A stretch of DNA of 64,000 nucleotides from Eledone cirrhosa (GCA_964016885.1 OZ024745.1:65658001-65722000), one strand, 5' to 3'; counted from the stretch's first letter, positions 29,601-43,760 are shown. The notes: a model not told the origin generated them from the sequence alone. Made by a program: numbers and translations.

Positions 29601-32600
29601 GAATTTTAGGAATTTTTCGGAATTTTCGGAATTTTAGGAACATTAGAAATGTTATGAATTTTAGCAATTTTATGAATTTTAGGAATTTTAGGAATTTTAG
29701 GAATTTAGTTATTTTAGGAATATTAGGAATTTTAGGAATTTAAGGAATTTTTTGAATTTTAGGAATTTTAGGAAATTTATGAATTTCTATGAATTTTAGG
29801 AATTTTAGGAATTTTAGGAATTTTAGGAATTTTAGGAATTTTAGGAATTTTTCGGAATTTTCGGAATTTTAGGAACATTAGAAATGTTATGAATTTTAGC
29901 AATTTTATGAATTTTAGGAATTTTAGGAATTTTAGGAATTTAGTTATTTTAGGAATTTTAGGAATTTTAGGAATTTAAGGAATTTTTTGAATTTTAGGAA
30001 TTTTAGGAAATTTATGAATTTCTATGAATTTTAGGAATTTTAGGAATTTTAGGAATTTTAGGAATTTTAGGAATTTTAGGAATTTTAGGAATTTTTGGAA
30101 TTTTAGGAATTTTAGGAATTTTAGGAATTTTTCGGAATTTTCGGAATTTTAGGAACATTAGAAATGTTATGAATTTTAGGAATTTTAGGAATTTTAGGAA
30201 TTTTAGGAATTTTAGGAATTTTAATAATTTTAGGAATTTTAGGAATTTTTGGAATTTTGGGAATTTTAGGAATTTTAGGAATTTTAGGAATTTTAAGAAT
30301 TTTAGAATTTTAGGAATTTGTTGAATTTTCGGAATTTTAGGAATTTTAGGAATTTTAGGAATTTAGGAATTTTAGGAATTTTAGGAATTTTAGGAATTTT
30401 TTGAATTTTAGGAATTTTAGGAATTTTAGGAACTTTAGGAATTTTTATGTATTTTAGGAATTTTATGAATTTTATGAATTTTAGGAATTTTAGGAATTTT
30501 AGGAATTTTAGGAATTTTAGGAATTTCAGGATTTTAAGAATTTTAGGAATTTTAGGAATTTTAGGAATTTTAGGAATTTTAAGAATTTTAGGAATTTTAG
30601 GAATTTTTTGAATTCTCGGAATTTTAGGAATTTTTAGGAATTTTATGAATTTTAGGAATTTTATAAATTTTAGGAATTTTAGGAATTTTATTAATTTTAT
30701 GAACTTTTTGGAATTTGAGGAATTTTAGGAATTTTACGAATTTTAGTAATTTTAGGAATTTTATGTATTTTTAGGAATTTTAGGAATTTTAGGAATTTTA
30801 GGAATTGCAGGAATTTTTGGAATTTTATGAATTTTAAGAATTTTAGGAATTTTGAGGAATTTTTTGGAATTTTCGGAATTTTATGTATTTTTAGGAATTT
30901 TAGGAATTTTAGGAATTTTAATAATTTTATGAATTTTAGTAATTTTATGAATTTTAGGAATTTTAGGATTTTTAGGAATTTTAGGAATTTTAGGAATTTT
31001 AGGAATTTTAGGAATTTTAGGATTTTAAGAATTTTAGGAATTTTAGGAATTTTAGGAATTTTAGGAATTTTAAGAATTTTAGTAATTTTAGGAATTTTAT
31101 AAATTTTATGAATTTTAGGAATTTTATGAATTTTATGAATTTTAGGAATTTTAGGAATTTTATGAATTTTATGTATTTTTAGGAATTTTAGGAATTTTAG
31201 GAATTTTAGGAATTTTGAGGAATTTTTTGGAATTTTCGGAATTTTATGTATTTTTAGGAATTTTAGGAATTTTCATAATTTTATGAATTTTAGTAATTTT
31301 AGGAATTTTAAGAATTTTAGGAATTTTAGAAATTTTTTGGAATTTTAGGAATTTTAGGAATTTTAGGAATTTTAGGAATGTTATGAATTTTATGAATTTT
31401 ATGAATTTTAGGAATTTTAGGATTTTTATGAATTTTTGGAATTTTAGGAATTTTAGGAACTTTAGGAATTTTGGGAATTTTATGAATTTTATGAATTTTA
31501 GAAATGTTATGAATTTTAGGAATTTTAGGAATTTTAGGAATTTTAGGAATTTTAAGAATTTTAGGAATTTTAGGAATTTTTTTGAATTTTTGGAATTTTC
31601 TGAATTTTTAGGAATTTTCTGAATTTTCTGAATTATATAAATTTTAGGAATTTTATGAATTTTAAGAAATTCAAGAATTTTAGGAATTTTTTGAATTTTT
31701 TGAATTTTAGGAATTTTCGTAATTTTTTTGAATTTTCGTAATTTTATGAATTTTTAGGAATTTTATTAATTTTATGAATTTTATGAATTTTATAAATTTT
31801 AGGAATTTAGTTATTTTAGGAATTTTAGGAATTTTAGGAATTTAAGGAATTTTTTGAATTTTAGGAATTTTAGGAAATTTATGAATTTCTATGAATTTTA
31901 GGAATTTCAGGAATTTTAGGAATTTTAGGAATTTTAGGAATTTTAGGAATTTTAGGAATTTTAGGAATTTTAGGAATTTTAGGAATTTTAGGAATTTTAG
32001 GAATTTTAATAATTTTAGGAATTTTAGGAATTTTTGGAATTTTGGGAATTTTAGGAATTTTAGGAATTTTAGGAATTTTAAGAATTTTAGGAATTTTAGG
32101 AATTTTTTGAATTTTCGGAATTTTAGGAATTTTAGGAATTTTAGGAATTTAGGAATTTTATTAATTTTAGGAATTTTATTAATTTTATGAATTTTAGGAA
32201 TTTTAGGAATTTTAGGAATTTAGTTATTTTAGGAATTTTAGGAATTTTAGGAATTTAAGGAATTTTTTGAATTTTAGGAATTTTAGGAAATTTATGAATT
32301 TCTATGAATTTTAGGAATTTTAGGAATTTTAGGAATTTTAGGAATTTTAGGAATTTTAGGAATTTTAGGAATTTTAGGAATTTTAGGAATTTTAGGATTT
32401 TAAGAATTTTAGGAATTTTAGGAATTTTAGGAATTTTAGGAATTTTAAGAATTTTAGGAATTTTAGGAATTTTTTGAATTCTCGGAATTTTAGGAATTTT
32501 TAGGAATTTTATGAATTTTAGGAATTTTATAAATTTTAGGAATTTTAGGAATTTTATTAATTTTATGAACTTTTTGGAATTTGAGGAATTTTAGGAATTT

Positions 32601-35600
32601 TACGAATTTTAGTAATTTTAGGAATTTTATGTATTTTTAGGAATTTTAGGAATTTTAGGAATTTTAGGAATTGCAGGAATTTTTGGAATTTTATGAATTT
32701 TAAGAATTTTAGGAATTTTGAGGAATTTTTTGGAATTTTCGGAATTTTATGTATTTTTAGGAATTTTAGGAATTTTAGGAATTTTAATAATTTTATGAAT
32801 TTTAGTAATTTTAGGAATTTTAAGAATTTTAGGAATTTTAGAAATTTTTTGGAATTTTAGGAATTTTAGGAATTTTATGAATTTTAGGAATTTTATGAAT
32901 TTTATGAATTTTATGAATTTTAGGAATTTTAGGATTTTTAGGAATTTTAGGAATTTTAGGAATTTTAGGAATTTTAGGAATTTTAGGATTTTAAGAATTT
33001 TAGGAATTTTAGGAATTTTAGGAATTTTAGGAATTTTAAGAATTTTAGTAATTTTAGGAATTTTATAAATTTTATCAATTTTAGGAATTTTATGAATTTT
33101 ATGAATTTTAGGAATTTTAGGAATTTTATGAATTTTATGTATTTTTAGGAATTTTAGGAATTTTAGGAATTTTAGGAATTTTGAGGAATTTTTTGGAATT
33201 TTCGGAATTTTATGTAATTTTAGGAATTTTAGGAATTTTCATAATTTTATGAATTTTAGTAATTTTAGGAATTTTAAGAATTTTAGGAATTTTAGAAATT
33301 TTTTGGAATTTTAGGAATTTTAGGAATTTTAGGAATTTTAGGAATGTTATGAATTTTATGAATTTTATGAATTTTAGGAATTTTAGGATTTTTATGAATT
33401 TTTGGAATTTTAGGAATTTTAGGAACTTTAGGAATTTTGGGAATTTTATGAATTTTATGAATTTTAGAAATGTTATGAATTTTAGGAATTTTAGGAATTT
33501 TAGGAATTTTAGGAATTTTAAGAATTTTAGGAATTTTAGGAATTTTTTTGAATTTTTGGAATTTTCTGAATTTTTAGGAATTTTCTGAATTTTCTGAATT
33601 ATATAAATTTTAGGAATTTTATGAATTTTAAGAAATTCAAGAATTTTAGGAATTTTTTGAATTTTTTGAATTTTAGGAATTTTCGTAATTTTTTTGAATT
33701 TTCGTAATTTTATGAATTTTTAGGAATTTTATTAATTTTATGAATTTTATGAATTTTATAAATTTTAGGAATTTAGTTATTTTAGGAATTTTAGGAATTT
33801 TAGGAATTTAAGGAATTTTTTGAATTTTAGGAATTTTAGGAAATTTATGAATTTCTATGAATTTTAGGAATTTTAGGAATTTTAGGAATTTTAGGAATTT
33901 TAGGAATTTTAGGAATTTTAGGAATTTTAGGAATTTTAGGAATTTTAGGAATTTTAGGAATTTTAGGAATTTTAATAATTTTAGGAATTTTAGGAATTTT
34001 TGGAATTTTGGGAATTTTAGGAATTTTAGGAATTTTAGGAATTTTAAGAATTTTAGGAATTTTAGGAATTTTTTGAATTTTCGGAATTTTAGGAATTTTA
34101 GGAATTTTAGGAATTTAGGAATATTATTAATTTTAGGAATTTTATTAATTTTAGGAATTTTAGGAATTTTAGGAATTTTAGGAATTTAGTTATTTTAGGA
34201 ATTTTAGGAATTTTAGGAATTTAAGGAATTTTTTGAATTTTAGGAATTTTAGGAAATTTATGAATTTCTATGAATTTTAGGAATTTTAGGAATTTTAGGA
34301 ATTTTAGGAATTTTAGGAATTTTAGGAATTTTAGGAATTTTAGGAATTTTTGGAATTTTAGGAATTTTAGGAATTTTAGGAATTTTTCGGAATTTTCGGA
34401 ATTTTAGGAACATTAGAAATGTTATGAATTTTAGCAATTTTATGAATTTTAGGAATTTTAGGAATTTTAGGAATTTAGTTATTTTAGGAATTTTAGGAAT
34501 TTTAGGAATTTAAGGAATTTTTTGAATTTTAGGAATTTTAGGAAATTTATGAATTTCTATGAATTTTAGGAATTTTAGGAATTTTAGGAATTTTAGGAAT
34601 TTTAGGAATTTTAGGAATTTTAGGAATTTTAGGAATTTTTGGAATTTTAGGAATTTTAGGAATTTTAGGAATTTTTCGGAATTTTCGGAATTTTAGGAAC
34701 ATTAGAAATGTTATGAATTTTAGGAATTTTAGGAATTTTAGGAATTTTAGGAATTTTAGGAATTTTAATAATTTTAGGAATTTTAGGAATTTTTGGAATT
34801 TTGGGAATTTTAGGAATTTTAGGAATTTTAGGAATTTTAAGAATTTTAGGAATTTTAGGAATTTGTTGAATTTTCGGAATTTTAGGAATTTTAGGAATTT
34901 TAGGAATTTAGGAATTTTAGGAATTTTAGGAATTTTAGGAATTTTTTGAATTTTAGGAATTTTAGGAATTTTAGGAACTTTAGGAATTTTTATGTATTTT
35001 AGGAATTTTATGAATTTTATGAATTTTAGGAATTTTAGGAATTTTAGGAATTTTAGGAATTTTAGGAATTTTAGGATTTTAAGAATTTTAGGAATTTTAG
35101 GAATTTTAGGAATTTTAGGAATTTTAGGAATTTTAAGAATTTTAGGAATTTTAGGAATTTTTTGAATTCTCGGAATTTTAGGAATTTTTAGGAATTTTAT
35201 GAATTTTAGGAATTTTATAAATTTTAGGAATTTTAGGAATTTTATTAATTTTATGAACTTTTTGGAATTTGAGGAATTTTAGGAATTTTACGAATTTTAG
35301 TAATTTTAGGAATTTTATGTATTTTTAGGAATTTTAGGAATTTTAGGAATTTTAGGAATTGCAGGAATTTTTGGAATTTTATGAATTTTAAGAATTTTAG
35401 GAATTTTGAGGAATTTTTTGGAATTTTCGGAATTTTATGTATTTTTAGGAATTTTAGGAATTTTAGGAATTTTAATAATTTTATGAATTTTAGTAATTTT
35501 AGGAATTTTAAGAATTTTAGGAATTTTAGAAATTTTTTGGAATTTTAGGAATTTTAGGAATTTTATGAATTTTAGGAATTTTATGAATTTTATGAATTTT

Positions 35601-38600
35601 ATGAATTTTAGGAATTTTAGGATTTTTATTAATTTTTGGAATTTTAGGAATTTTAGGAACTTTAGGAATTTTGGGAATTTTATGAATTTTATGAATTTTA
35701 GAAATGTTATGAATTTCTATGAATTTTAGGAATTTTAGGAATTTTAGGAATTTTAGGAATTTTAGGAATTTTAGGAATTTTTGGAATTTTTGGAATTTTA
35801 GGAATTTTAGGAATTTTAGGAATTTTTCGGAATTTTCGGAATTTTAGGAACATTAGAAATGTTATGAATTTTAGCAATTTTAGGAATTTTAGGAATTTTA
35901 GGAATTTTAGGAATTTAAATAATTTTAGGAATTTTAGGAATTTTTGGAATTTTGGGAATTTTTTGAATTTTCGGAATTTTAGGAATTTTAGGAATTTTAG
36001 GAATTTAGGAATTTTAGGAATTTAGTTATTTTAGGAATTTTAGGAATTTTAGGAATTTAAGGAATTTTTTGAATTTTAGGAATTTTAGGAAATTTAAGAA
36101 TTTCTATGAATTTTAGGAATTTTAGGAATTTTAGGAATTTTAGGAATTTTAGGAATTTTAGGAATTTTTGGAATTTTTGGAATTTTAGGAATTTTAGGAA
36201 TTTTAGGAATTTTTTCGGAATTTTCGGAATTTTAGGAACATTAGAAATGTTATGAATTTTAGCAATTTTAGGAATTTTAGGAATTTTAGGAATTTTAGGA
36301 ATTTTAATAATTTTAGGAATTTTAGGAATTTTTGGAATTTTGGGAATTTTAGGAATTTTAGGAATTTTAGGAATTTTAAGAATTTTAGGAATTTTAGGAA
36401 TTTTTTTAATTTTCGGAATTTTAGGAATTTTAGGAATTTTAGGAATTTAGGAATTTTAGGAATTTTAGGAATTTTAGGAATTTTTTGAATTTTAGGAATT
36501 TTAGGAATTTTAGGAACTTTAGGAATTTTTATGTATTTTAGGAATTTTAGGAATTTTATGAATTTTAGGAATTTTATGAATTTTAGGTATTTTAGGAATT
36601 TTAGGAATTTTAGGAATTTTAGGAATTTTAGGATTTTAAGAATTTTAGGAATTTTAGGAATTTTAGGAATTTTAGGAATTTTAAGAATTTTAGGAATTTT
36701 AGGAATTTTTTGAATTCTCGGAATTTAATGAATTTTTAGGAATTTTATGAATTTTAGGAATTTTAGGAATTTTAGGAATTTTAGGAAGTTTAGGAATTTT
36801 AGGAATCTTAGGAATATTATGAACTTTTTGAATTTTAGGAATTTTATTAATTTTATGAATTTTATGAATTTTAGGAATTTTAATAATTTAAGGAATTTTA
36901 TGAATTTTATGAATTTTATGAATTTTATGAATTTTAGGATATTTATGGATTTTTGGAATTTTAGGAATGTTAGGAATTTTAGGAATTTTAGGAATTTTAA
37001 GAATTTTAGGAATTTTAGGAATTTTTTTAATTTTCGGAATTTTAGGAATTTTAGGAATTTTAGGAATTTAGGAATTTTAGGAATTTTAGGAATTTTAGGA
37101 ATTTTTTGAATTTTAGGAATTTTAGGAATTTTAGGAACTTTAGGAATTTTTATGTATTTTAGGAATTTTAGGAATTTTATGAATTTTAGGAATTTTATGA
37201 ATTTTAGGTATTTTAGGAATTTTAGGAATTTTAGGAATTTTAGGAATTTTAGGATTTTAAGAATTTTAGGAATTTTAGGAATTTTAGGAATTTTAGGAAT
37301 TTTAAGAATTTTAGGAATTTTAGGAATTTTTTGAATTCTCGGAATTTAATGAATTTTTAGGAATTTTATGAATTTTAGGAATTTTAGGAATTTTAGGAAT
37401 TTTAGGAAGTTTAGGAATTTTAGGAATCTTAGGAATATTATGAACTTTTTGAATTTTAGGAATTTTATTAATTTTATGAATTTTATGAATTTTAGGAATT
37501 TTAATAATTTAAGGAATTTTATGAATTTTATGAATTTTATGAATTTTATGAATTTTAGGATATTTATGGATTTTTGGAATTTTAGGAATGTTAGGAATTT
37601 TAGGAATTTTAGGAATTTTAAGAATTTTAGGAATTTTAGGAATTTTATGAATTTTATGAATTTTATGAATTTTAAGAATTTTAGGAATTTTAGGAATTTT
37701 TTGAATTTTCGGAATTTTAGGAATTTTTAGGAATTTTATGAATTTTAGGAATTTTATAAATTTTAGGAATTTTAGGAATTTTAGGAATTTTATTAATTTT
37801 ATGAACTTTTTGGAATTTGAGGAATTTTACGAATTTTACGAATTTTAGTAATTTTAGGAATTTTATAAATTTTATGAATTTTAGGAATTTTAGGAATTTT
37901 ATGAATTTTAGGAATTTTAGGAATTTTATGAATTTTATGTATTTTTAGGAATTTTAGGAATTTTAGGAATTTTAGGAATTGCAGGAATTTTTGGAATTTT
38001 ATGAATTTTAAGAATTTTAGGAATTTTGAGGAATTTTTTGGAATTTTCGGAATTTTATGTATTTTTAGGAATTTTAGGAATTTTAGGAATTTTAATAATT
38101 TTATGAATTTTAGTAATTTTAGGAATTTTAAGAATTTTAGGAATTTTAGAAATTTTTTGGAATTTTAGGAATTTTAGGAATTTTAGGAATTTTAGGAATG
38201 TTATGAATTTTAGGAATTTTAGGAATTTTAGGAATTTTTTTGAATTTTTGGAATTTTCTGAATTTTTAGGAATTTTCTGAATTTTCTGAATTATATAAAT
38301 TTTAGGAATTTTATGAATTTTAAGAAATTCAAGAATTTTAGGAATTTTTTGAATTTTTTGAATTTTATGAATTTTCGTAATTTTTTCGAATTTTCGTAAT
38401 TTTATGAATTTTTAGGAATTTTATTAATTTTATGAATTTTATGAATTTTATGAATTTTAGGAATTTAGTTATTTTAGGAATTTTAGGAATTTTAGGAATT
38501 TAAGGAATTTTTTGAATTTTAGGAATTTTAGGAAATTTATGAATTTCTATGAATTTTAGGAATTTTAGGAATTTTAGGAATTTTAGGAATTTTAGGAATT

Positions 38601-41600
38601 TTAGGAATTTTAGGAATTTTAGGAATTTTTGGAATTTTAGGAATTTTAGGAATTTTAGGAATTTTAGGAATTTTAGGAACATTAGAAATGTTATGAATTT
38701 TAGGAATTTTAGGAATTTTAGGAATTTTAGGAATTTTAGGAATTTTAATAATTTTAGGAATTTTAGGAATTTTTGGAATTTTGGGAATTTTAGGAATTTT
38801 AGGAATTTTAGGAATTTTAGGAATTTTAAGAATTTTAGGAATTTTAGGAATTTTTTGAATTTTCGGAATTTTAGGAATTTTAGGAATTTTAGGAATTTAG
38901 GAATTTTATTAATTTTAGGAATTTTATTAATTTTATGAATTTTATGAATTTTAGGAATTTTAGGAATTTTAGGAATTTTTGGAATTTTAGGAGTTTTAGG
39001 AATTTTAGGAATTTGTCGGAATTTTCGGAATTTTAGGAACATTAGAAATGTTATGAATTTTAGCAATTTTAGGAATTTTAGGAATTTTAGGAATTTTAGG
39101 AATTTTAATAATTTTAGGAATTTTAGGAATTTTTGGAATTTTGGGAATTTTAGGAATTTTAGGAATTTTAGGAATTTTAAGAATTTTAGGAATTTTAGGA
39201 ATTTTTTGAATTTTCGGAATTTTAGGAATTTTAGGAATTTTAGGAATTTAGGAATTTTATTAATTTTAGGAATTTTATTAATTTTATGAATTTTAGGAAT
39301 TTTAGGAATTTTTTGAATTTTCGGAATTTTAGGAATTTTAGGAATTTTAGGAATTTAGGAATTTTATTAATTTTAGGAATTTTATTAATTTTATGAATTT
39401 TAGGAATTTTAGGAATTTTAGGAATTTAGTTATTTTAGGAATTTTAGGAATTTTAGGAATTTAAGGAATTTTTTGAATTTTAGGAATTTTAGGAAATTTA
39501 TGAATTTCTATGAATTTTAGGAATTTTAGGAATTTTAGGAATTTTAGGAATTTTAGGAATTTTAGGAATTTTAGGAATTTTAGGAATTTTAGGAATTTTA
39601 GGATTTTAAGAATTTTAGGAATTTTAGGAATTTTAGGAATTTTAGGAATTTTAAGAATTTTAGGAATTTTAGGAATTTTTTGAATTCTCGGAATTTTAGG
39701 AATTTTTAGGAATTTTATGAATTTTAGGAATTTTATAAATTTTAGGAATTTTAGGAATTTTATTAATTTTATGAACTTTTTGGAATTTGAGGAATTTTAG
39801 GAATTTTACGAATTTTAGTACATTTTAGGAATTTTATGTATTTTTAGGAATTTTAGGAATTTTAGGAATTTTAGGAATTGCAGGAATTTTTGGAATTTTA
39901 TGAATTTTAAGAATTTTAGGAATTTTGAGGAATTTTTTGGAATTTTCGGAATTTTATGTATTTTTAGGAATTTTAGGAATTTTAGGAATTTTAATAATTT
40001 TATGAATTTTAGTAATTTTAGGAATTTTAAGAATTTTAGGAATTTTAGAAATTTTTTGGAATTTTAGGAATTTTAGGAATTTTATGAATTTTAGGAATTT
40101 TATGAATTTTATGAATTTTTATGAATTTTAGGAATTTTAGGATTTTTAGGAATTTTAGGAATTTTAGGAATTTTAGGAATTTTAGGAATTTTAGGATTTT
40201 AAGAATTTTAGGAATTTTAGGAATTTTAGGAATTTAGGAATTTTAAGAATTTTAGTAATTTTAGGAATTTTATAAATTTTATCAATTTTAGGAATTTTAT
40301 GAATTTTATGAATTTTAGGAATTTTAGGAATTTTATGAATTTTTATGTATTTTTAGGAATTTTAGGAATTTTAGGAATTTTAGGAATTTTGAGGAATTTT
40401 TTGGAATTTTCGGAATTTTATGTAATTTTAGGAATTTTAGGAATTTTCATAATTTTATGAATTTTAGTAATTTTAGGAATTTTAAGAATTTTAGGAATTT
40501 TAGAAATTTTTTTGGAATTTTAGGAATTTTAGGAATTTTAGGAATTTTAGGAATGTTATGAATTTTATGAATTTTATGAATTTTAGGAATTTTAGGATTT
40601 TTATGAATTTTTGGAATTTTAGGAATTTTAGGAACTTTAGGAATTTTGGGAATTTTATGAATTTTATGAATTTTAGAAATGTTATGAATTTTAGGAATTT
40701 TAGGAATTTTAGGAATTTTAGGAATTTTAAGAATTTTAGGAATTTTAGGAATTTTTTTGAATTTTTGGAATTTTCTGAATTTTTAGGAATTTTCTGAATT
40801 TTCTGAATTATATAAATTTTAGGAATTTTATGAATTTTAAGAAATTCAAGAATTTTAGGAATTTTTTGAATTTTTTGAATTTTAGGAATTTTCGTAATTT
40901 TTTTTGAATTTTCGTAATTTTATGAATTTTTAGGAATTTTATTAATTTTATGAATTTTATGAATTTTATAAATTTTAGGAATTTAGTTATTTTAGGAATT
41001 TTAGGAATTTTAGGAATTTAAGGAATTTTTTGAATTTTAGGAATTTTAGGAAATTTATGAATTTCTATGAATTTTAGGAATTTTAGGAATTTAGGAATTT
41101 TAGGAATTTTAGGAATTTTAGGAATTTTAGGAATTTTAGGAATTTTAGGAATTTTAGGAATTTTAGGAATTTTAGGAATTTTAATAATTTTAGGAATTTT
41201 AGGAATTTTTGGAATTTTGGGAATTTTAGGAATTTTAGGAATTTTAGGAATTTTAAGAATTTTAGGAATTTTAGGAATTTTTTGAATTTTCGGAATTTTA
41301 GGAATTTTAGGAATTTTAGGAATTTAGGAATATTATTAATTTTAGGAATTTTATTAATTTTAGGAATTTTAGGAATTTTAGGAATTTTAGGAATTTAGTT
41401 ATTTTAGGAATTTTAGGAATTTTAGGAATTTAAGGAATTTTTTGAATTTTAGGAATTTTAGGAAATTTATGAATTTCTATGAATTTTAGGAATTTTAGGA
41501 ATTTTAGGAATTTTAGGAATTTTAGGAATTTTAGGAATTTTAGGAATTTTAGGAATTTTTGGAATTTTAGGAATTTTAGGAATTTTAGGAATTTTTCGGA

Positions 41601-42140
41601 ATTTTCGAATTTTAGGAACATTAGAAATGTTATGAATTTTAGCAATTTTATGAATTTTAGGAATTTTAGGAATTTTAGGAATTTAGTTATTTTAGGAATT
41701 TTAGGAATTTTAGGAATTTAAGGAATTTTTTGAATTTTAGGAATTTTAGGAAATTTATGAATTTCTATGAATTTTAGGAATTTTAGGAATTTTAGGAATT
41801 TTAGGAATTTTAGGAATTTTAGGAATTTTAGGAATTTTAGGAATTTTTGGAATTTTAGGAATTTTAGGAATTTTAGGAATTTTTTCGGAATTTTCGGAAT
41901 TTTAGGAACATTAGAAATGTTATGAATTTTAGGAATTTTAGGAATTTTAGGAATTTTAGGAATTTTAGGAATTTTAATAATTTTAGGAATTTTAGGAATT
42001 TTTGGAATTTTGGGAATTTTAGGAATTTTTAGGAATTTTAGGAATTTTAAGAATTTTAGGAATTTTAGGAATTTGTTGAATTTTCGGAATTTTAGGAATT
42101 TTAGGAATTTTAGGAATTTAGGAATTTTAGGAATTTTAGG

Positions 42141-42340
42141 NNNNNNNNNNNNNNNNNNNNNNNNNNNNNNNNNNNNNNNNNNNNNNNNNNNNNNNNNNNN
42201 NNNNNNNNNNNNNNNNNNNNNNNNNNNNNNNNNNNNNNNNNNNNNNNNNNNNNNNNNNNNNNNNNNNNNNNNNNNNNNNNNNNNNNNNNNNNNNNNNNNN
42301 NNNNNNNNNNNNNNNNNNNNNNNNNNNNNNNNNNNNNNNN
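42141..42340. other. Assembly gap (200 N)
   Basis: Exactly 200 N, typical of a fixed-size scaffolding gap. True distance and relative orientation of the flanks are unknown. Confidence 0.99.
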
Positions 42341-42446
42341 ATATATATTTATCCTTGTGTGTCTCTCTACATATGCATGTTTGCATGCATGAATGAATAC
42401 ACTAAGCTTTAGATTTAGTAGAATGATTCCAGCTATTTGCACCAAG

Positions 42447-42603
42447 CAGGATGAAAGCTTCTTCACTAATGGGATTCAAACACTGCAACACCATTGGAAG
42501 AATTGTATACCGCAACGGGGATTATGTTGAAATATAAACCTCACTTGGTCACATTCTATGAGAGTATCTTGTTCAGCCTATGAAATTTTCAGCCGACTCT
42601 CGT
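42447..42603 (+). mobile_element. Tc1/mariner DNA transposon 3' remnant (transposase C-terminus plus right TIR)
   Basis: Translates as QDESFFTNGIQTLQHHWKNCI, then a frameshift, then RNGDYVEI* (stop 42535-42537). This matches the mariner C-terminal pattern FF..GI..L..RW.KC....GDY. It is followed by ...CAGCCTATGAAATTTTCAGCCGACTCTCGT, the reverse complement of a mariner-type ACGAG-starting TIR. Confidence 0.8.
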
Positions 42604-43605
42604 TCGTTAGCTACATTTTAATATACACTTTCATATGCACTCGTTTGGCGGACAGATAATTGAGCGAGTTGATAGCATTTATTGTTTATACAACCAGCTA
42701 AATCGGCTACGATTCTTATATTGCCACCAGCACCCGTTGCGTTATGACAAAATCAGTTGTCATTCTAGACAATAATATCCGTATTTGTAAAACGACTGTC
42801 ATACGTACAGAAAGTTATATAAATAAATAAAGTTCGAGAATTTATAGCATTTATTGTCTTTTCCAATACTACTTTCCTTTTCTATATGTTTGACTGAATA
42901 TTAAATTCTTCATTATTTTTATGTAATTTTATATTAGGAATATATTTGAGTATTTTGAAATAAGATAATTTTCAATCTGATACAAAAAACTCCGTATATT
43001 AATGTTCATTTTAACAACTCACAACAACACCGTTTCTCCTCTAAAAACTGAAGGCTAGGTATATTTTACAATATTATGTAAACGATTATTATTTATTTTG
43101 TGACAATGATTTCTTTAATATGATTCAATTCAATTCTTGAATCGTCGTGTTTAATGCATTTATGCTTGTTAAGCTAAGTTATTCCTATTTACCATATGCA
43201 GCTCCTCTAAATGGTACAATATTAGCCAATTTAAACGTTCCGAGATCGATAACATTGTACCTATAGGTTATATTTGTAGTAGCTATGACTGTGTGTCATT
43301 GACTTGCTGAATAATATATTGATTAATTGCTCATCTCCTTACATTTTGTTTTCTTAATGTTCTTTTTTATGTGTTATTCTCTCCACAACTTCTATCCATT
43401 CACATCACTTCACGTCTTATCTATTCTCTTCTCATCCTACTTTTTAGTGATTTCTATTTTCTGTTTTGTAGTATAAATGAAGACTACATTCCCACTGTAT
43501 CTTTGTTTCCTTCATTCCCTCTTCCTTTGTTTATTTCAATCTGACGTTAATCAATTCCATTGATATTCTTTCAATTTTACTTCCAGTCATCATTTTCCTC
43601 ATTTC

Positions 43606-43737
<132 letters not shown>

Positions 43738-43760
43738 ACCAGACGCGTGTAAGAAAAAAC

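Larger units (their letters stand above)
1..42140. repeat. 9-bp tandem satellite array, consensus (AATTTTAGG)n, with variant monomers and higher-order repeats
   Basis: Continuous TTTTAGGAA monomers. Recurrent variants (AATTTTATG, AATTTTAAG, AATTTTTGG, AATTTTCGG, occasional 8- and 10-mers) recur in the same order at fixed offsets. The + strand is almost devoid of C. The array runs from the window start to the N gap. Confidence 0.99.

Noticed and set aside
25-41721. Dozens of ORFs encoding (NFR)n, (ILG)n, (FLK)n and (IPK)n
   Set aside because: An automatic result of a 9-bp repeat with two stop-free frames per strand. Frames switch at 8/10-bp monomers and there is no sign of coding constraint.
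1-42140. CRISPR-like or information-coding array
   Set aside because: No unique spacers and no cas genes. The variant pattern is explained by nested duplication.
1-42140. Canonical telomerase-made telomere
   Set aside because: The monomers are heterogeneous with kb-scale HORs, there is no (TTAGGG)n or (TTAGG)n run, and the orientation is wrong for a left chromosome end as assembled.
41718-42466. ORFs spanning the N gap
   Set aside because: Open only because N translates as X.
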